From a virus, in the IMG/VR virus record IMGVR_UViG_3300044726_000013, positions 1 through 64,000 of that record: a DNA stretch of 64,000 nt. One strand, written 5' to 3'. The notes under the pieces were generated by a model that was not told the DNA's origin, ran no database searches, and was given only the letters and a program-made list of their open reading frames with translations. Position 1 is the first letter of the stretch. Each line of letters begins with the position of its first letter. Made by a program: the position numbers and the translations under genes. Positions 45,755 through 54,785 of this stretch are shown here, piece after piece.

Positions 45755-45785
45755 CTTTACAGGCTCACCGGCAGGGGCCTATACT
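45755..45785 (+). promoter_or_regulatory. Promoter of terS (likely leaderless)
   Basis: CTTTACA-N18-TATACT-N6-ATG. Confidence 0.7.
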
Positions 45786-45791
45786 CCGGCC

Positions 45792-46295
45792 ATGACACGC
45801 CCTTACCCGCAGACTACGGTCTACCAGCCCCGGTGGGCAGAGGAAGATTACCGTAGACGCCCCAAGTCATTTGACCCCGAGATTGCGCTGCTGATCATTG
45901 AGCGGATCAAGAACGGTGAGACGTTGAACGCGCTGTGCGCCAACAACCGTGACTACCCGCTGCCCGGCACGTTCGTTGAGTGGCTTGAGCAAGAGCCTGA
46001 CATGATGGCCCGCTACCGCAGGGCCAAGAACATTCAGGCTGAGTTGCTGGTTGATGGCATGCTTGAAGACGGCAAGGCTGGCACGTGGGATGCCGCCACG
46101 CGGGTGGCGGCGGGCAAGACCTACGTTGAGAAGACTGACCCCGCCCGCTACGGGCCAAGGGCCACGGTGATCAACCAGCCCGTGCCTGAGGCTGAGCCCC
46201 AGTCAGACGCGGCCAAGGTCAGCGTCAAGGCCAAGGTCAATCAGATCGTTGAACGCATAGCAGCCCGCAAACGCAAGACAGAGGAAGCCAGCTAA
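45792..46295 (+). CDS. terS: Terminase small subunit
   Basis: I.ERI..GETL..LC....P...F..WL......RY.RA...QAE HTH; P..YG motif; upstream of terL. Confidence 0.78.
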   Translation: MTRPYPQTTVYQPRWAEEDYRRRPKSFDPEIALLIIERIKNGETLNALCANNRDYPLPGTFVEWLEQEPDMMARYRRAKNIQAELLVDGMLEDGKAGTWDAATRVAAGKTYVEKTDPARYGPRATVINQPVPEAEPQSDAAKVSVKAKVNQIVERIAARKRKTEEAS

Positions 46296-46768
46296 TGGCC
46301 GCCACCCTACGCACCACCGCACGCAACATCCAGCGCTTTGAGCCGGTCTACCACGGCAAGGGCAAGCACGCCTACGGCATCAAGCGCATAGGCAACGTCT
46401 ACCGCGCCTACCGCTTGAACAGCGGCAGGTACACCGGCATGAGCGCCAAGAGCGCTGACCATGCCACCAAGGCGCTGGCGCTGGCTTGGTGCCAGACTGA
46501 CTTTGGCTTGGCGCGGCCGGGCACCATTGCCCCCACGACCACCACGGCCAGCTTTGTGCAGCCCGCCATTGGGGCCACGGTGGCCGTGGCGGTGACCAGC
46601 GCAGCCGGGCTGGTGGTGGGCCAGAACGTGACAATCGGCACGGGCGGCAAGTATGAGATCACAGCCATTGCGGGCCTGAGCATCACCTGCAAGAACCTTG
46701 GCACGGGTGTGACCACTGGCGCTACCGTGCCAACGGCACAGGCGTTCACGGTGGTGGGTGCTTGGTGA
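46295..46768 (+). CDS. Hypothetical protein with C-terminal beta-rich virion-like domain
   Basis: Coupled ORF; TTASF.QPA.G.TV.V...VGQ.V.I...G.Y motif. Confidence 0.65.
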   Translation: MAATLRTTARNIQRFEPVYHGKGKHAYGIKRIGNVYRAYRLNSGRYTGMSAKSADHATKALALAWCQTDFGLARPGTIAPTTTTASFVQPAIGATVAVAVTSAAGLVVGQNVTIGTGGKYEITAIAGLSITCKNLGTGVTTGATVPTAQAFTVVGAW

Positions 46769-47067
46769 ACCTGAAGCTGGTTGATGAGCCACAGCAGGGG
46801 CCAGAGCCCCCGGTTGAGCCGCCCCCGGTCTATGTGGTCAAGGTGGCCATCCTTACGCCCAAGGGCAGGCTGCTGGGGTGTCTTGAATGCCCGTGGTCAG
46901 GGCCCGGCACCATCGGTGATTTGTGCAACAACCTGATTGCGGTGAACAAGGAACGTGCAGACCTAGACCACTGCCGCATTGAAGTGAGGTGGGTGCGGCA
47001 GCGGCCACTACAGGATCACCCTGAGGCGGGTTCAGGCAGCAAGCAAATGAGCCTCAATCAAGGGTGA
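46765..47067 (+). CDS. Hypothetical protein
   Basis: GTG start overlapping the previous stop. Confidence 0.5.
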   Translation: MNLKLVDEPQQGPEPPVEPPPVYVVKVAILTPKGRLLGCLECPWSGPGTIGDLCNNLIAVNKERADLDHCRIEVRWVRQRPLQDHPEAGSGSKQMSLNQG

Positions 47068-47120
47068 TGGCGCTAAAGGCAAGCCTCTGGCCCAGCCCGG
47101 CTGCAAGGCCGGGCACCCAT

Positions 47121-47420
47121 TCAGACCGTGTGCAGCTTGAAGCCGGGCACGCCCGGCATCTTGAACCGGGTGACCTTGCGCTCTTCCCTGATATCAGACC
47201 AGCCGCAGTAGATGCCAAGCGCCTTTTCCAGTGACAGCACAAGGCTGTGCACGTCTTGCGGGCACTCAACATCGTCGGGTGACCACGGCGTCAGGGGCCG
47301 CAGTTCACTGGCCTTGATCAAGGGCACGCCGTTGAGCGTGACCACAAAGCTGACGCGCAGGCTGTCAGTACCCTCGGCAGCATCAGGCATACGGTATAGT
47401 TTCAAGGTTGGCGTCTTCAT
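47121..47420 (-). CDS. Hypothetical protein (opposite-strand gene in the packaging module)
   Basis: 99-aa ORF with AGGGGG RBS and its own CTTTACT-N18-TATACA promoter. Confidence 0.6.
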   Translation of the reverse strand: MKTPTLKLYRMPDAAEGTDSLRVSFVVTLNGVPLIKASELRPLTPWSPDDVECPQDVHSLVLSLEKALGIYCGWSDIREERKVTRFKMPGVPGFKLHTV

Positions 47421-47516
47421 CGGTTAACCCCCTAGTAATTGCTGATGTATAGCCTCCCATTGTCAAAAAAGTAAAGGACCCGACCGGCTCACCTAACGTA
47501 AATCATCACACATTGG

Positions 47517-47545
47517 TTGCAATCAGTAGCGTTGGACTGTAGTTT
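47517..47545 (+). promoter_or_regulatory. Sigma70-type promoter
   Basis: TTGCAA-N17-TAGTTT. Confidence 0.55.
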
Positions 47546-47551
47546 ACCCAC

Positions 47552-47628
47552 AGGGCTGTAATGGCTCCGGCCACCCCCGTGGCAGTACTTCCTATCCAGA
47601 GGTTGACGCGGGGGTGGCTGTTTATCAT
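47552..47628 (+). ncRNA. Candidate small RNA (or terL leader) with an anti-RBS loop
   Basis: Own promoter, 13-bp GC stem plus T-rich tail; loop CCTATCCAGAGG is complementary to the early RBS motif. Confidence 0.4.
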
Positions 47629-47660
47629 TTACCTTTCTGAGGGGGTAAAAGGATTAATAC

Positions 47661-49088
47661 TTGAACGCCAACGTAGCCGTGGCGACGTTGCTTGCTGAAA
47701 TGCCCGCTCATGAGCGGGAAATCTTTTTCATGGGCCTGAGCCCACAAGAGGCAGACTATCTGCTGTATGACTGGTCCTTCTGGGGCCGCCCATCACAGCA
47801 AGAGCCGCCCGGTGAGTGGTCTGTGTGGCTGGCGCTGGCAGGCAGAGGTTACGGCAAGACCCGCATGGGCGCTGAGTGGGTGCGCGCCATGATGTGCGGT
47901 GACACGCCGTTGGCGCGCGGGCGCTGCGGGCACATGGCGCTGGTGGCTGAGACAGCGGCCGATGCCCGTGATGTCATGGTGCAGTCAAGCGGCGGCATAC
48001 TGAAGTGCCATCCACCTGAGTTCAGACCCGTCTACACCCCCAGCCTGCGCAAGCTGACATGGCCCAACGGGGCCACGGCGCACACCTACAGTGCCGACGA
48101 CCCTGAGCAACTGCGCGGGCCTGAGCATGAGGCTGCATGGTCAGATGAGTTGGCCAAGTGGCGCTATGCCCAAGAAACGTGGGACATGCTGCAATTTGGC
48201 CTGCGCGTGGGCATCAACCCCCAGCAACTGGTGACCACGACCCCGCGCCCCATACCTGTCATCAAGGAATTACTTGAAGCCCCCGACACCTATATTACGC
48301 GCGGCAGTACTTACGAAAACTATGAGAACCTGAGCCCGGCTTTCATCACCAAGATGGAGCGGCGCTATGAGGGCACGCGGCTGGGCAGGCAAGAACTGCA
48401 CGCTGAGGTGCTTGATGACGTGCCGGGCGCGCTCTGGACCCGGCGCATGCTTGAGACGCGCAGCGCAACCAACCCCATGGGGGCGGGCATGCGCAAGGGC
48501 GAGGACCTGCCAGACATGCTGCGGGTGACGGTGGGCGTTGACCCGTCTGGCACCCAAGGGGAACTCAACATGCGGCGCGTTGAGGCGCGCGGCGGTGACC
48601 ATGATGATGAGGTGGGTGATGACATCGGCATTGTGGCGGCGGGCCTTGGTGAAGACGGCATGATCTACGTGCTGGATGACGCCACGGTGAACTGGGGCCC
48701 GGCTGATTGGGCGCGCCGCGTGGTGCAGACCTACAACAACCATGAGGCAGACATGATCGTGGGTGAGGCCAACTTTGGCGGGGCCATGGTTGAGCATACC
48801 ATCCGCACCGTTGACAGGCGGGTGCCGTACCGCGCCGTGCACGCATCAAGGGGCAAGGCAGTGCGTGCAGAACCCATTGCGGCGTTGTATGAACAGGGCC
48901 GCGTGCGCCACGTCTATGGCAAGCCGCTGAGCAAACTAGAGGATCAGATGATCTACATGACGCAGCGCGGCTATGAGGGGGCGGGCTCCCCGGACAGGCT
49001 TGATGCAGCCGTGTGGGCCATCACTGACCTGATGTTTGGCAAGAGCGCCAGAGGCGGTGCCGTGAGCATGAAGGGAGGGCATCACTGA
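47661..49088 (+). CDS. terL: Terminase large subunit
   Basis: AGRGYGKT, LRGP, DELAKW, TTTP, VGVDP, EANFGG and DRLDA motifs. Confidence 0.95.
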   Translation: MNANVAVATLLAEMPAHEREIFFMGLSPQEADYLLYDWSFWGRPSQQEPPGEWSVWLALAGRGYGKTRMGAEWVRAMMCGDTPLARGRCGHMALVAETAADARDVMVQSSGGILKCHPPEFRPVYTPSLRKLTWPNGATAHTYSADDPEQLRGPEHEAAWSDELAKWRYAQETWDMLQFGLRVGINPQQLVTTTPRPIPVIKELLEAPDTYITRGSTYENYENLSPAFITKMERRYEGTRLGRQELHAEVLDDVPGALWTRRMLETRSATNPMGAGMRKGEDLPDMLRVTVGVDPSGTQGELNMRRVEARGGDHDDEVGDDIGIVAAGLGEDGMIYVLDDATVNWGPADWARRVVQTYNNHEADMIVGEANFGGAMVEHTIRTVDRRVPYRAVHASRGKAVRAEPIAALYEQGRVRHVYGKPLSKLEDQMIYMTQRGYEGAGSPDRLDAAVWAITDLMFGKSARGGAVSMKGGHH

Positions 49089-50713
49089 TGGCCAAGACAC
49101 CCTTGAAGGTGGTCAAGCCTGAGCCTGAGCCCACAACCAAGGGTGACGTTAAGGAGAAACACCCTGATCTGGCGCTGATCTGGGAAGATTGGCAAGAATG
49201 CCGTGACACCGTGGCCGGGGCCACCACGGTCAAGGCCAGAGCCGAAACCTACCTGCCCATGCCAAGCGGCTTCAAGGGCAGCACGCACCCCAATGACATG
49301 TACGCAGCCTACAAGATGCGGGCGCAGTTCCCTGATCTGGTAGCGCCTACCATTCAGGGCATGCTGGGCATCATCCACCAATCAGAGGCGCACATTGAGG
49401 GCCTTGAAGAGGGCAGCCCGCTGGCTGAGATGTGGGAAAACGCCACGCCAGACGGCCTGACGCTTGAGGCGTTGCACCGCAAGATCACTGAGGAAATCTT
49501 GACGGTTGGCCGGGTGGCCTTGCTGGTTGATCTGCCGCCTGAGGGCGGTGACCTGCCGTGGATTGCCTTCTACCGGGCTGAGAGCCTGATCAACTGGTCT
49601 GAGAGCCGCAATTTCTTTGTGCTAGAAGAGGATTACCGGGTACGCAACGGCTATTCTTGGAACGGCAAGCAACGCTACCGGGTGCTTGAACTAGTAGACG
49701 AAATCTATCAGGTGCAGGTGCTGGCTGAAGACGGCACCCCGCTGACCAAGGATGATGACACCAGTGACCAAGACGTGGCTGAGGGCATTGCCACCAGCGT
49801 GGTGGTGCCGCAGGCGCGCGGCGGTGAGGCGCTGGGTGAGATACCGCTGGTGATAGCGGGCAGCCGTGACCTGAGCCTGACGCCCGACCAGATACCGCTC
49901 ATTGGCGTGGTGCGCAGCGCCACGGCCATCTACAGGCTTGACGCTGATTACAGGCACCAGCTTTTCATGAGCGGGCAGGAGACCCTGTTCTACATTGGGC
50001 TGGCGGCTGAAGACGTGCCTGAATACGTGGGCGCAGGCGTCGGCATCAGCATACCTGAGGGCGGTGACGCCAAGTATGTGGGCCCAAGCGGGGCGGGCAT
50101 TGCCGCGCACAAGACAGCAATTGAGGATGAACGCGCCAATGCGGCTGAGGCAGGCTCACGCATGTTTGCGGTGGGTGACAAGAAGGCGGCTGAGAGCGGT
50201 GAGGCCCTACGCATACGGGCGCGGGCTGGTAGCGCCACCCTTATCAGCGTGGCGCAGACATCAGCGGCGGCGCTTGAGAAGGCGCTGCGCTACAGCGCAT
50301 TGCTGGTGGGTGAAGACCCGGATGAGATCATAGTAAAGCCCAACCTTAGTTTCCTTGACAGTGACATGACCGCTGAAGAGGCCAACAAGATGACAGAACT
50401 GTGGATGAACAAGGTCATCAGCTATGAAACCCTATACAACAACCTTCAGCGTGGCCGCATTACATCGGAGGAGAGAACCGCTGAGGAGGAACAAGAGTTG
50501 GTGGCTGAAGAGGAATCTGCGGCAATACCCGAGAGTGACGTGGCTACTGGGGGAACTGAAGTGCCGTTGGCTGTGGACCTGTCAGAGGGCACCGGCACAG
50601 ATGAGTACGGCCCGGTAAGCCAAGCTGAGATTGATGAACTGTTTGCCCCTGAAGAGCCTGAGTTGCCCAACCCTGATGATATGCCGCCACCTGAAGGGAC
50701 GCCCCAGCCATGA
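49088..50713 (+). CDS. Portal protein (DUF4055-type)
   Basis: Directly after terL; YLP, Y..RA, GR..LLVD, Y.AE..INW and ESG.AL..R motifs. Confidence 0.88.
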   Translation: MAKTPLKVVKPEPEPTTKGDVKEKHPDLALIWEDWQECRDTVAGATTVKARAETYLPMPSGFKGSTHPNDMYAAYKMRAQFPDLVAPTIQGMLGIIHQSEAHIEGLEEGSPLAEMWENATPDGLTLEALHRKITEEILTVGRVALLVDLPPEGGDLPWIAFYRAESLINWSESRNFFVLEEDYRVRNGYSWNGKQRYRVLELVDEIYQVQVLAEDGTPLTKDDDTSDQDVAEGIATSVVVPQARGGEALGEIPLVIAGSRDLSLTPDQIPLIGVVRSATAIYRLDADYRHQLFMSGQETLFYIGLAAEDVPEYVGAGVGISIPEGGDAKYVGPSGAGIAAHKTAIEDERANAAEAGSRMFAVGDKKAAESGEALRIRARAGSATLISVAQTSAAALEKALRYSALLVGEDPDEIIVKPNLSFLDSDMTAEEANKMTELWMNKVISYETLYNNLQRGRITSEERTAEEEQELVAEEESAAIPESDVATGGTEVPLAVDLSEGTGTDEYGPVSQAEIDELFAPEEPELPNPDDMPPPEGTPQP

Positions 50714-51132
50714 GCATGCCCGGTGACTACCCGCTGGACCTCTACCACGGTGACAGCTACAACTGGCAGTTCAAGCTGTGGACTGATGAGGCCAAGACGC
50801 AGGCGCTTGACCTGACGGGCGTCACGGTCAAGGCTGAAATCCGTGACAAGCCCGCAGGGCTGGCCATCTACCCGCTGGACTGCACGGTGGCTCTGCCCAA
50901 CGTGATTGAGGCCATTCTACCAGCCAACATGAGTGACACGCTGCCCATAGGCACTGATATGGTGTGGGATATTCAGCTAACCTACCCAAATGGCAGCGTG
51001 AACACCCTGTTGGCGGGCAAGGTGAGCGTTACCCAAGACGTTACCGACGCCGTTGACCCAACCACCCTGCCTGAGGCGCGCACCACGGTGAAGGTGATGC
51101 AGCCCCAGTTGGTGAGGGCACCACGCAGATGA
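50710..51132 (+). CDS. BppU-like small virion/fibre-attachment protein
   Basis: L....GD.....DLTG.T.KA.IR...WD.QL......T...G.V.V..DVT. Confidence 0.65.
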   Translation: MSMPGDYPLDLYHGDSYNWQFKLWTDEAKTQALDLTGVTVKAEIRDKPAGLAIYPLDCTVALPNVIEAILPANMSDTLPIGTDMVWDIQLTYPNGSVNTLLAGKVSVTQDVTDAVDPTTLPEARTTVKVMQPQLVRAPRR

Positions 51133-52484
51133 ACCAGATCATCACCGACTTGGTGGTCACGCTGGCTGAGGCCACCAGCGTTGACATCACGGTGCATCCG
51201 GGGCCGGTGATTGAGGTTGTGCAGCCTGCCGCCATCTATGTGGAGATTGGTGACATAGGCGGCCCGGTTGGTCCTCAGGGGGCGCAGGGCATACCGGGGC
51301 CAGCGGGCCCGCAGGGCTTGCCCGGCACAGGCTTTGTGATCAAGGGCACCGTGCCCACTGAAGACGCGCTGCCCATAGCCCCGGCACCGCTTTACATGGA
51401 TGGCTGGGTCACAGAAGACACTGACCATCTGTGGGTGTGGAACGGCTCAACATGGGTAGACTGTGGTGACCTGAGCGGTCCCCCCGGCCCTACCGGCGCG
51501 CAGGGCAATACCGGGGAAACCGGCATTGAGGGCCCCATTGGCCCAGAGGGGCCGGGCGGGCCCATTGGCCATGAGGGCCCGCAAGGGCCGCAGGGCCTTC
51601 AAGGGGAAATTGGCTATCAGGGCCCCATTGGCCCGCAGGGCGCGGCTGGTCTGGGCGTCAACTTCAAGGGCACCGTGGCCAATAGCGGGGCGCTGCCGCC
51701 CACCGGCAACCAGCCCAATGACGGCTGGGTGACGCTTGACACGGGCTACACGTGGGTCTGGACCGGCACGGCGTGGATCAACGTGGGCATCATTCAGGGC
51801 CCGGTTGGCCCCATGGGGCCGCAGGGCATCAAGGGCGACCAAGGCCCGCAGGGCGTCACGGGCATACAGGGCAACCCCGGCGTGGATGGCGCAGAGGGGC
51901 CCGCAGGCGTGCCGGGCGCGCCGGGCAATCAGGGCAGTCAGGGCATACCGGGCGCGGCTGGCGCACAAGGCCCACCGGGCTCAACCGGGCCCATTGGCCC
52001 TACCGGCGAGACCGGGCCCATGGGGCCTGTTGGCACCAATGATTACGCTGATCTGGTGAACGTGCCAGCCACGTTTCCACCGTCTGAGCATGCACACTCA
52101 CAAGATGAGGTGGCGGGCCTGCCTGAGGATCAGGCGGCGCAGAACGCGGCCATTGCCGCCAAGGTGCCTGAGGCCCCCCTAGACGGCCTTCAGTATGCCC
52201 GCATGAGCGCCACATGGGTTGTGGTGGAGGCCAGCGGCGGCAGCGCCACCTACGTGGGTGATACGCCACCCGCAGACGCTGTGCCCGGCCAGTTCTGGTG
52301 GGAGAGTGACACCGGCAACCTGCTGATCTTCTATGACGACCTGAACGGCGCACCCCAGTGGGTGCCTGCCATGTCTAGCCTCACGCAACCGGGCGGCGGC
52401 GCGGTGGCCGGTGGCCGCATCACCATTGGCACCAGCCCGCCAGCAACCCCATCCATCAATGATGTCTGGATTGATACAACATGA
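51129..52484 (+). CDS. Collagen-like fibre protein
   Basis: Long Gly-X-Y runs separated by W.W.G..W modules. Confidence 0.9.
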   Translation: MNQIITDLVVTLAEATSVDITVHPGPVIEVVQPAAIYVEIGDIGGPVGPQGAQGIPGPAGPQGLPGTGFVIKGTVPTEDALPIAPAPLYMDGWVTEDTDHLWVWNGSTWVDCGDLSGPPGPTGAQGNTGETGIEGPIGPEGPGGPIGHEGPQGPQGLQGEIGYQGPIGPQGAAGLGVNFKGTVANSGALPPTGNQPNDGWVTLDTGYTWVWTGTAWINVGIIQGPVGPMGPQGIKGDQGPQGVTGIQGNPGVDGAEGPAGVPGAPGNQGSQGIPGAAGAQGPPGSTGPIGPTGETGPMGPVGTNDYADLVNVPATFPPSEHAHSQDEVAGLPEDQAAQNAAIAAKVPEAPLDGLQYARMSATWVVVEASGGSATYVGDTPPADAVPGQFWWESDTGNLLIFYDDLNGAPQWVPAMSSLTQPGGGAVAGGRITIGTSPPATPSINDVWIDTT

Positions 52485-52714
52485 GTGACTTTGGTGAAGT
52501 AGGCAAGGTTTCCGTAGCAACGTCTTCAAACGGCGGCATGCCGGTGGAGTACTTTGCTGAGCGTATAGTGGAAAAGCTGATATTTGTTGGTGAAAATGCG
52601 CCTGAGCCCATCAAGGCGCAGGCGCTGGAATACCGTGAGCGCATGCTTGGCATTGTGTTGGCCGGGCTCAAACAGGCAATAACGTCAGACCGGGCCTATA
52701 GAAAGGGCATGTGA
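52481..52714 (+). CDS. Small conserved virion-cluster protein
   Basis: V.V.T....G...E...A....I..QA..Y...SDR motif. Confidence 0.65.
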   Translation: MSDFGEVGKVSVATSSNGGMPVEYFAERIVEKLIFVGENAPEPIKAQALEYRERMLGIVLAGLKQAITSDRAYRKGM

Positions 52715-52715
52715 A

Positions 52716-53171
52716 ATGGCAATCGTTCAAGCAATGTGCAGCAGCTTCAAGGTAGACTTGCTGTGCGCACGCCATAATTTCCTGCTGTCAGGCGGCCACA
52801 GCTTCAAGATCGCGCTCTACACCAGCGCGTCTAACCTGTCTGCCGCAACAACAGCCTATGGCGGCGGCAGCGCCACCAATGAGGTGGCGGCGGGCGGCGG
52901 CTACACGGCAGGCGGCGTGGCGCTGACCCGCGTGGACCCGGTGGCGGCGGTGTCACCCATCACCACGGCCATCACCGACTTCTCAAATGACCCCACGTGG
53001 TCAGGCAGCACCATCACGGCGCGCGGTGCGCTGGTCTATAACGACACGGCGGCGGGCAAGAACGCTTGCGTGACGCTTGACTTTGGTGCTGACAAGATAT
53101 CCAGCGCAGGTGACTTCATTGTGCAGTTCCCCCCGCCTGACGGCACGCAGGCAGTCATCCGTATTGCCTGA
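52716..53171 (+). CDS. Virion structural protein
   Basis: A.C.SFK..L...HNF, FK.ALY, NEV...GYTAGG, ARGAL.YN and LDFG.DK motifs. Confidence 0.75.
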   Translation: MAIVQAMCSSFKVDLLCARHNFLLSGGHSFKIALYTSASNLSAATTAYGGGSATNEVAAGGGYTAGGVALTRVDPVAAVSPITTAITDFSNDPTWSGSTITARGALVYNDTAAGKNACVTLDFGADKISSAGDFIVQFPPPDGTQAVIRIA

Positions 53172-53177
53172 CACTAG

Positions 53178-54785
53178 ATGGCCGATGATGTCCGCCTATT
53201 TACCACGCCCGGCGCGGGTAGCCTGAATGTCCCGGCTGGTGTCACGCAGGCCAAGGTTGAGGCGTGGGGCGCAGGTGGTGGCGGGCAGGTGGCCACTGCG
53301 CAAGAGGGCGGTGGTGGCGGCGGCGGCTATTGCGCTAACACTGTAACGGTCACACCGGGCCAGTTACTCTATTGGACAGTTGGCGCTGGCGGCGCGCCGG
53401 GTGTCAATGGTGGCGAAAGCCATGTTGGTGACGCTTCTTTACAAGTAAATTGCAATATTTCCGTTGCGGGTTTTGGTGGCAACGCTGGCAATGCTGTCAA
53501 TGCCGGTGGTGGCGTTAGTCTTGGGCGCGGCGCTTGGAACACTGGCGTCACTGGCAACAACGGTGGCATGGGCCTTGCGCCGCAAGGCGGTGGCGGCACG
53601 CGCGGTGGTTCTGGCGGTGGTGGTTGCGGCGGCCCGGCTGGCGTAGGTAGCCCCGGCGCTGCGGGTGCCAGCGGTGCCAGCGGTGCTGGCGGCGGGGGCA
53701 ATGGCAACACAACGGCGGGCGGTACATCGTCAGCCTCTGGCGTGGCTGGCAAGGTTGGCGGCAGTGACATTGACGGCGGTGCCGGTGGCAGTGGTGGTGG
53801 CGGCGGCGCGGCGGGTACAGGCGGTGCCGGTGGCGTGCCGGGTGGTGGTGCGGGTGGTGGTGGTAGCAGCGCCAATGCAGGCACGGGCGCGCGCGGTCAG
53901 GTCCGCATCACGTTCTATGAGCCAGCGGCCCCGGTCAGCGTCACGGTCAGCGCCACGGGCGTGGCGGCCACGGGCGCGGTGGGCACGGTCACTGTCAGCA
54001 CGCCTGCCCCAGCGGTCAACGTCACCGTGCCGGTCACGGGCGTTGAGGCCACGGGCGCGGCTGGCTATGCCAGCGTCAGTGCTGGCACGGGCGTAAGCAC
54101 AGGCGTCACGGGCGTAGCGGGCACAGGCGCGGTCGGCTCTGTCACGGCCACAGGCAAGCAGAACATCAGCACCACGGTGAGCGGCGTTGCAGCGGCGGGC
54201 GCAGTGGGCACGCCTATCGTCACAGCCAAGAGCAGCGTCACCACGGTGGTGTCAGGCGTTGAGGCCACGGGTGCCGTGGGCACGGCCACGGCGGGCACCA
54301 GCACCAACGCCAACGTTGCCGTCACGGGCGTGGCGGCCACGGGCGCAGTGGGCACGGCCACGGCCAAGGTGAACGCCAGCGTTGCAGCCACGGGCGTGGC
54401 GGCCACCGGGGCGGCGGGCTCGGCCACGGCCACCGGCAAGCAGAACGTCAGCACGGTGGTGAGCGGCGTTCAGGCGGCGGGCGCGGTAGGCTCTGTGGGC
54501 GTTGCCGTGGGCGGCGCGGCCAGTGCTGCGGTGACCGGCGTTGAGGCCACGGGCGCGGTCGGCTCTGTCAGCGTCACCGCCAAGGTGAACGCCAGTGCCG
54601 TGGTGAGCGGTGTACAGGCGGCCGGTTCTGTTGGTACAGTGAACGTGTCAACCCCTGTCACCCCAACTGGTCTGATAGCTGTTTGGAATGGCAGTGCTTG
54701 GGTCGGTAAGCCAGCCAAAGTATGGACAGGGGCCGCGTGGGTGCAGAAACCAGTCAAAGTATGGAACGGGGGCGCGTGGGCATGA
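53178..54785 (+). CDS. Glycine-rich fibre-like protein with V(T/S)GV.ATG.VG repeats
   Basis: WGAGGGG Gly-rich domain, many ATGAVG repeats, C-terminal W.G.AW repeats. Confidence 0.8.
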   Translation: MADDVRLFTTPGAGSLNVPAGVTQAKVEAWGAGGGGQVATAQEGGGGGGGYCANTVTVTPGQLLYWTVGAGGAPGVNGGESHVGDASLQVNCNISVAGFGGNAGNAVNAGGGVSLGRGAWNTGVTGNNGGMGLAPQGGGGTRGGSGGGGCGGPAGVGSPGAAGASGASGAGGGGNGNTTAGGTSSASGVAGKVGGSDIDGGAGGSGGGGGAAGTGGAGGVPGGGAGGGGSSANAGTGARGQVRITFYEPAAPVSVTVSATGVAATGAVGTVTVSTPAPAVNVTVPVTGVEATGAAGYASVSAGTGVSTGVTGVAGTGAVGSVTATGKQNISTTVSGVAAAGAVGTPIVTAKSSVTTVVSGVEATGAVGTATAGTSTNANVAVTGVAATGAVGTATAKVNASVAATGVAATGAAGSATATGKQNVSTVVSGVQAAGAVGSVGVAVGGAASAAVTGVEATGAVGSVSVTAKVNASAVVSGVQAAGSVGTVNVSTPVTPTGLIAVWNGSAWVGKPAKVWTGAAWVQKPVKVWNGGAWA

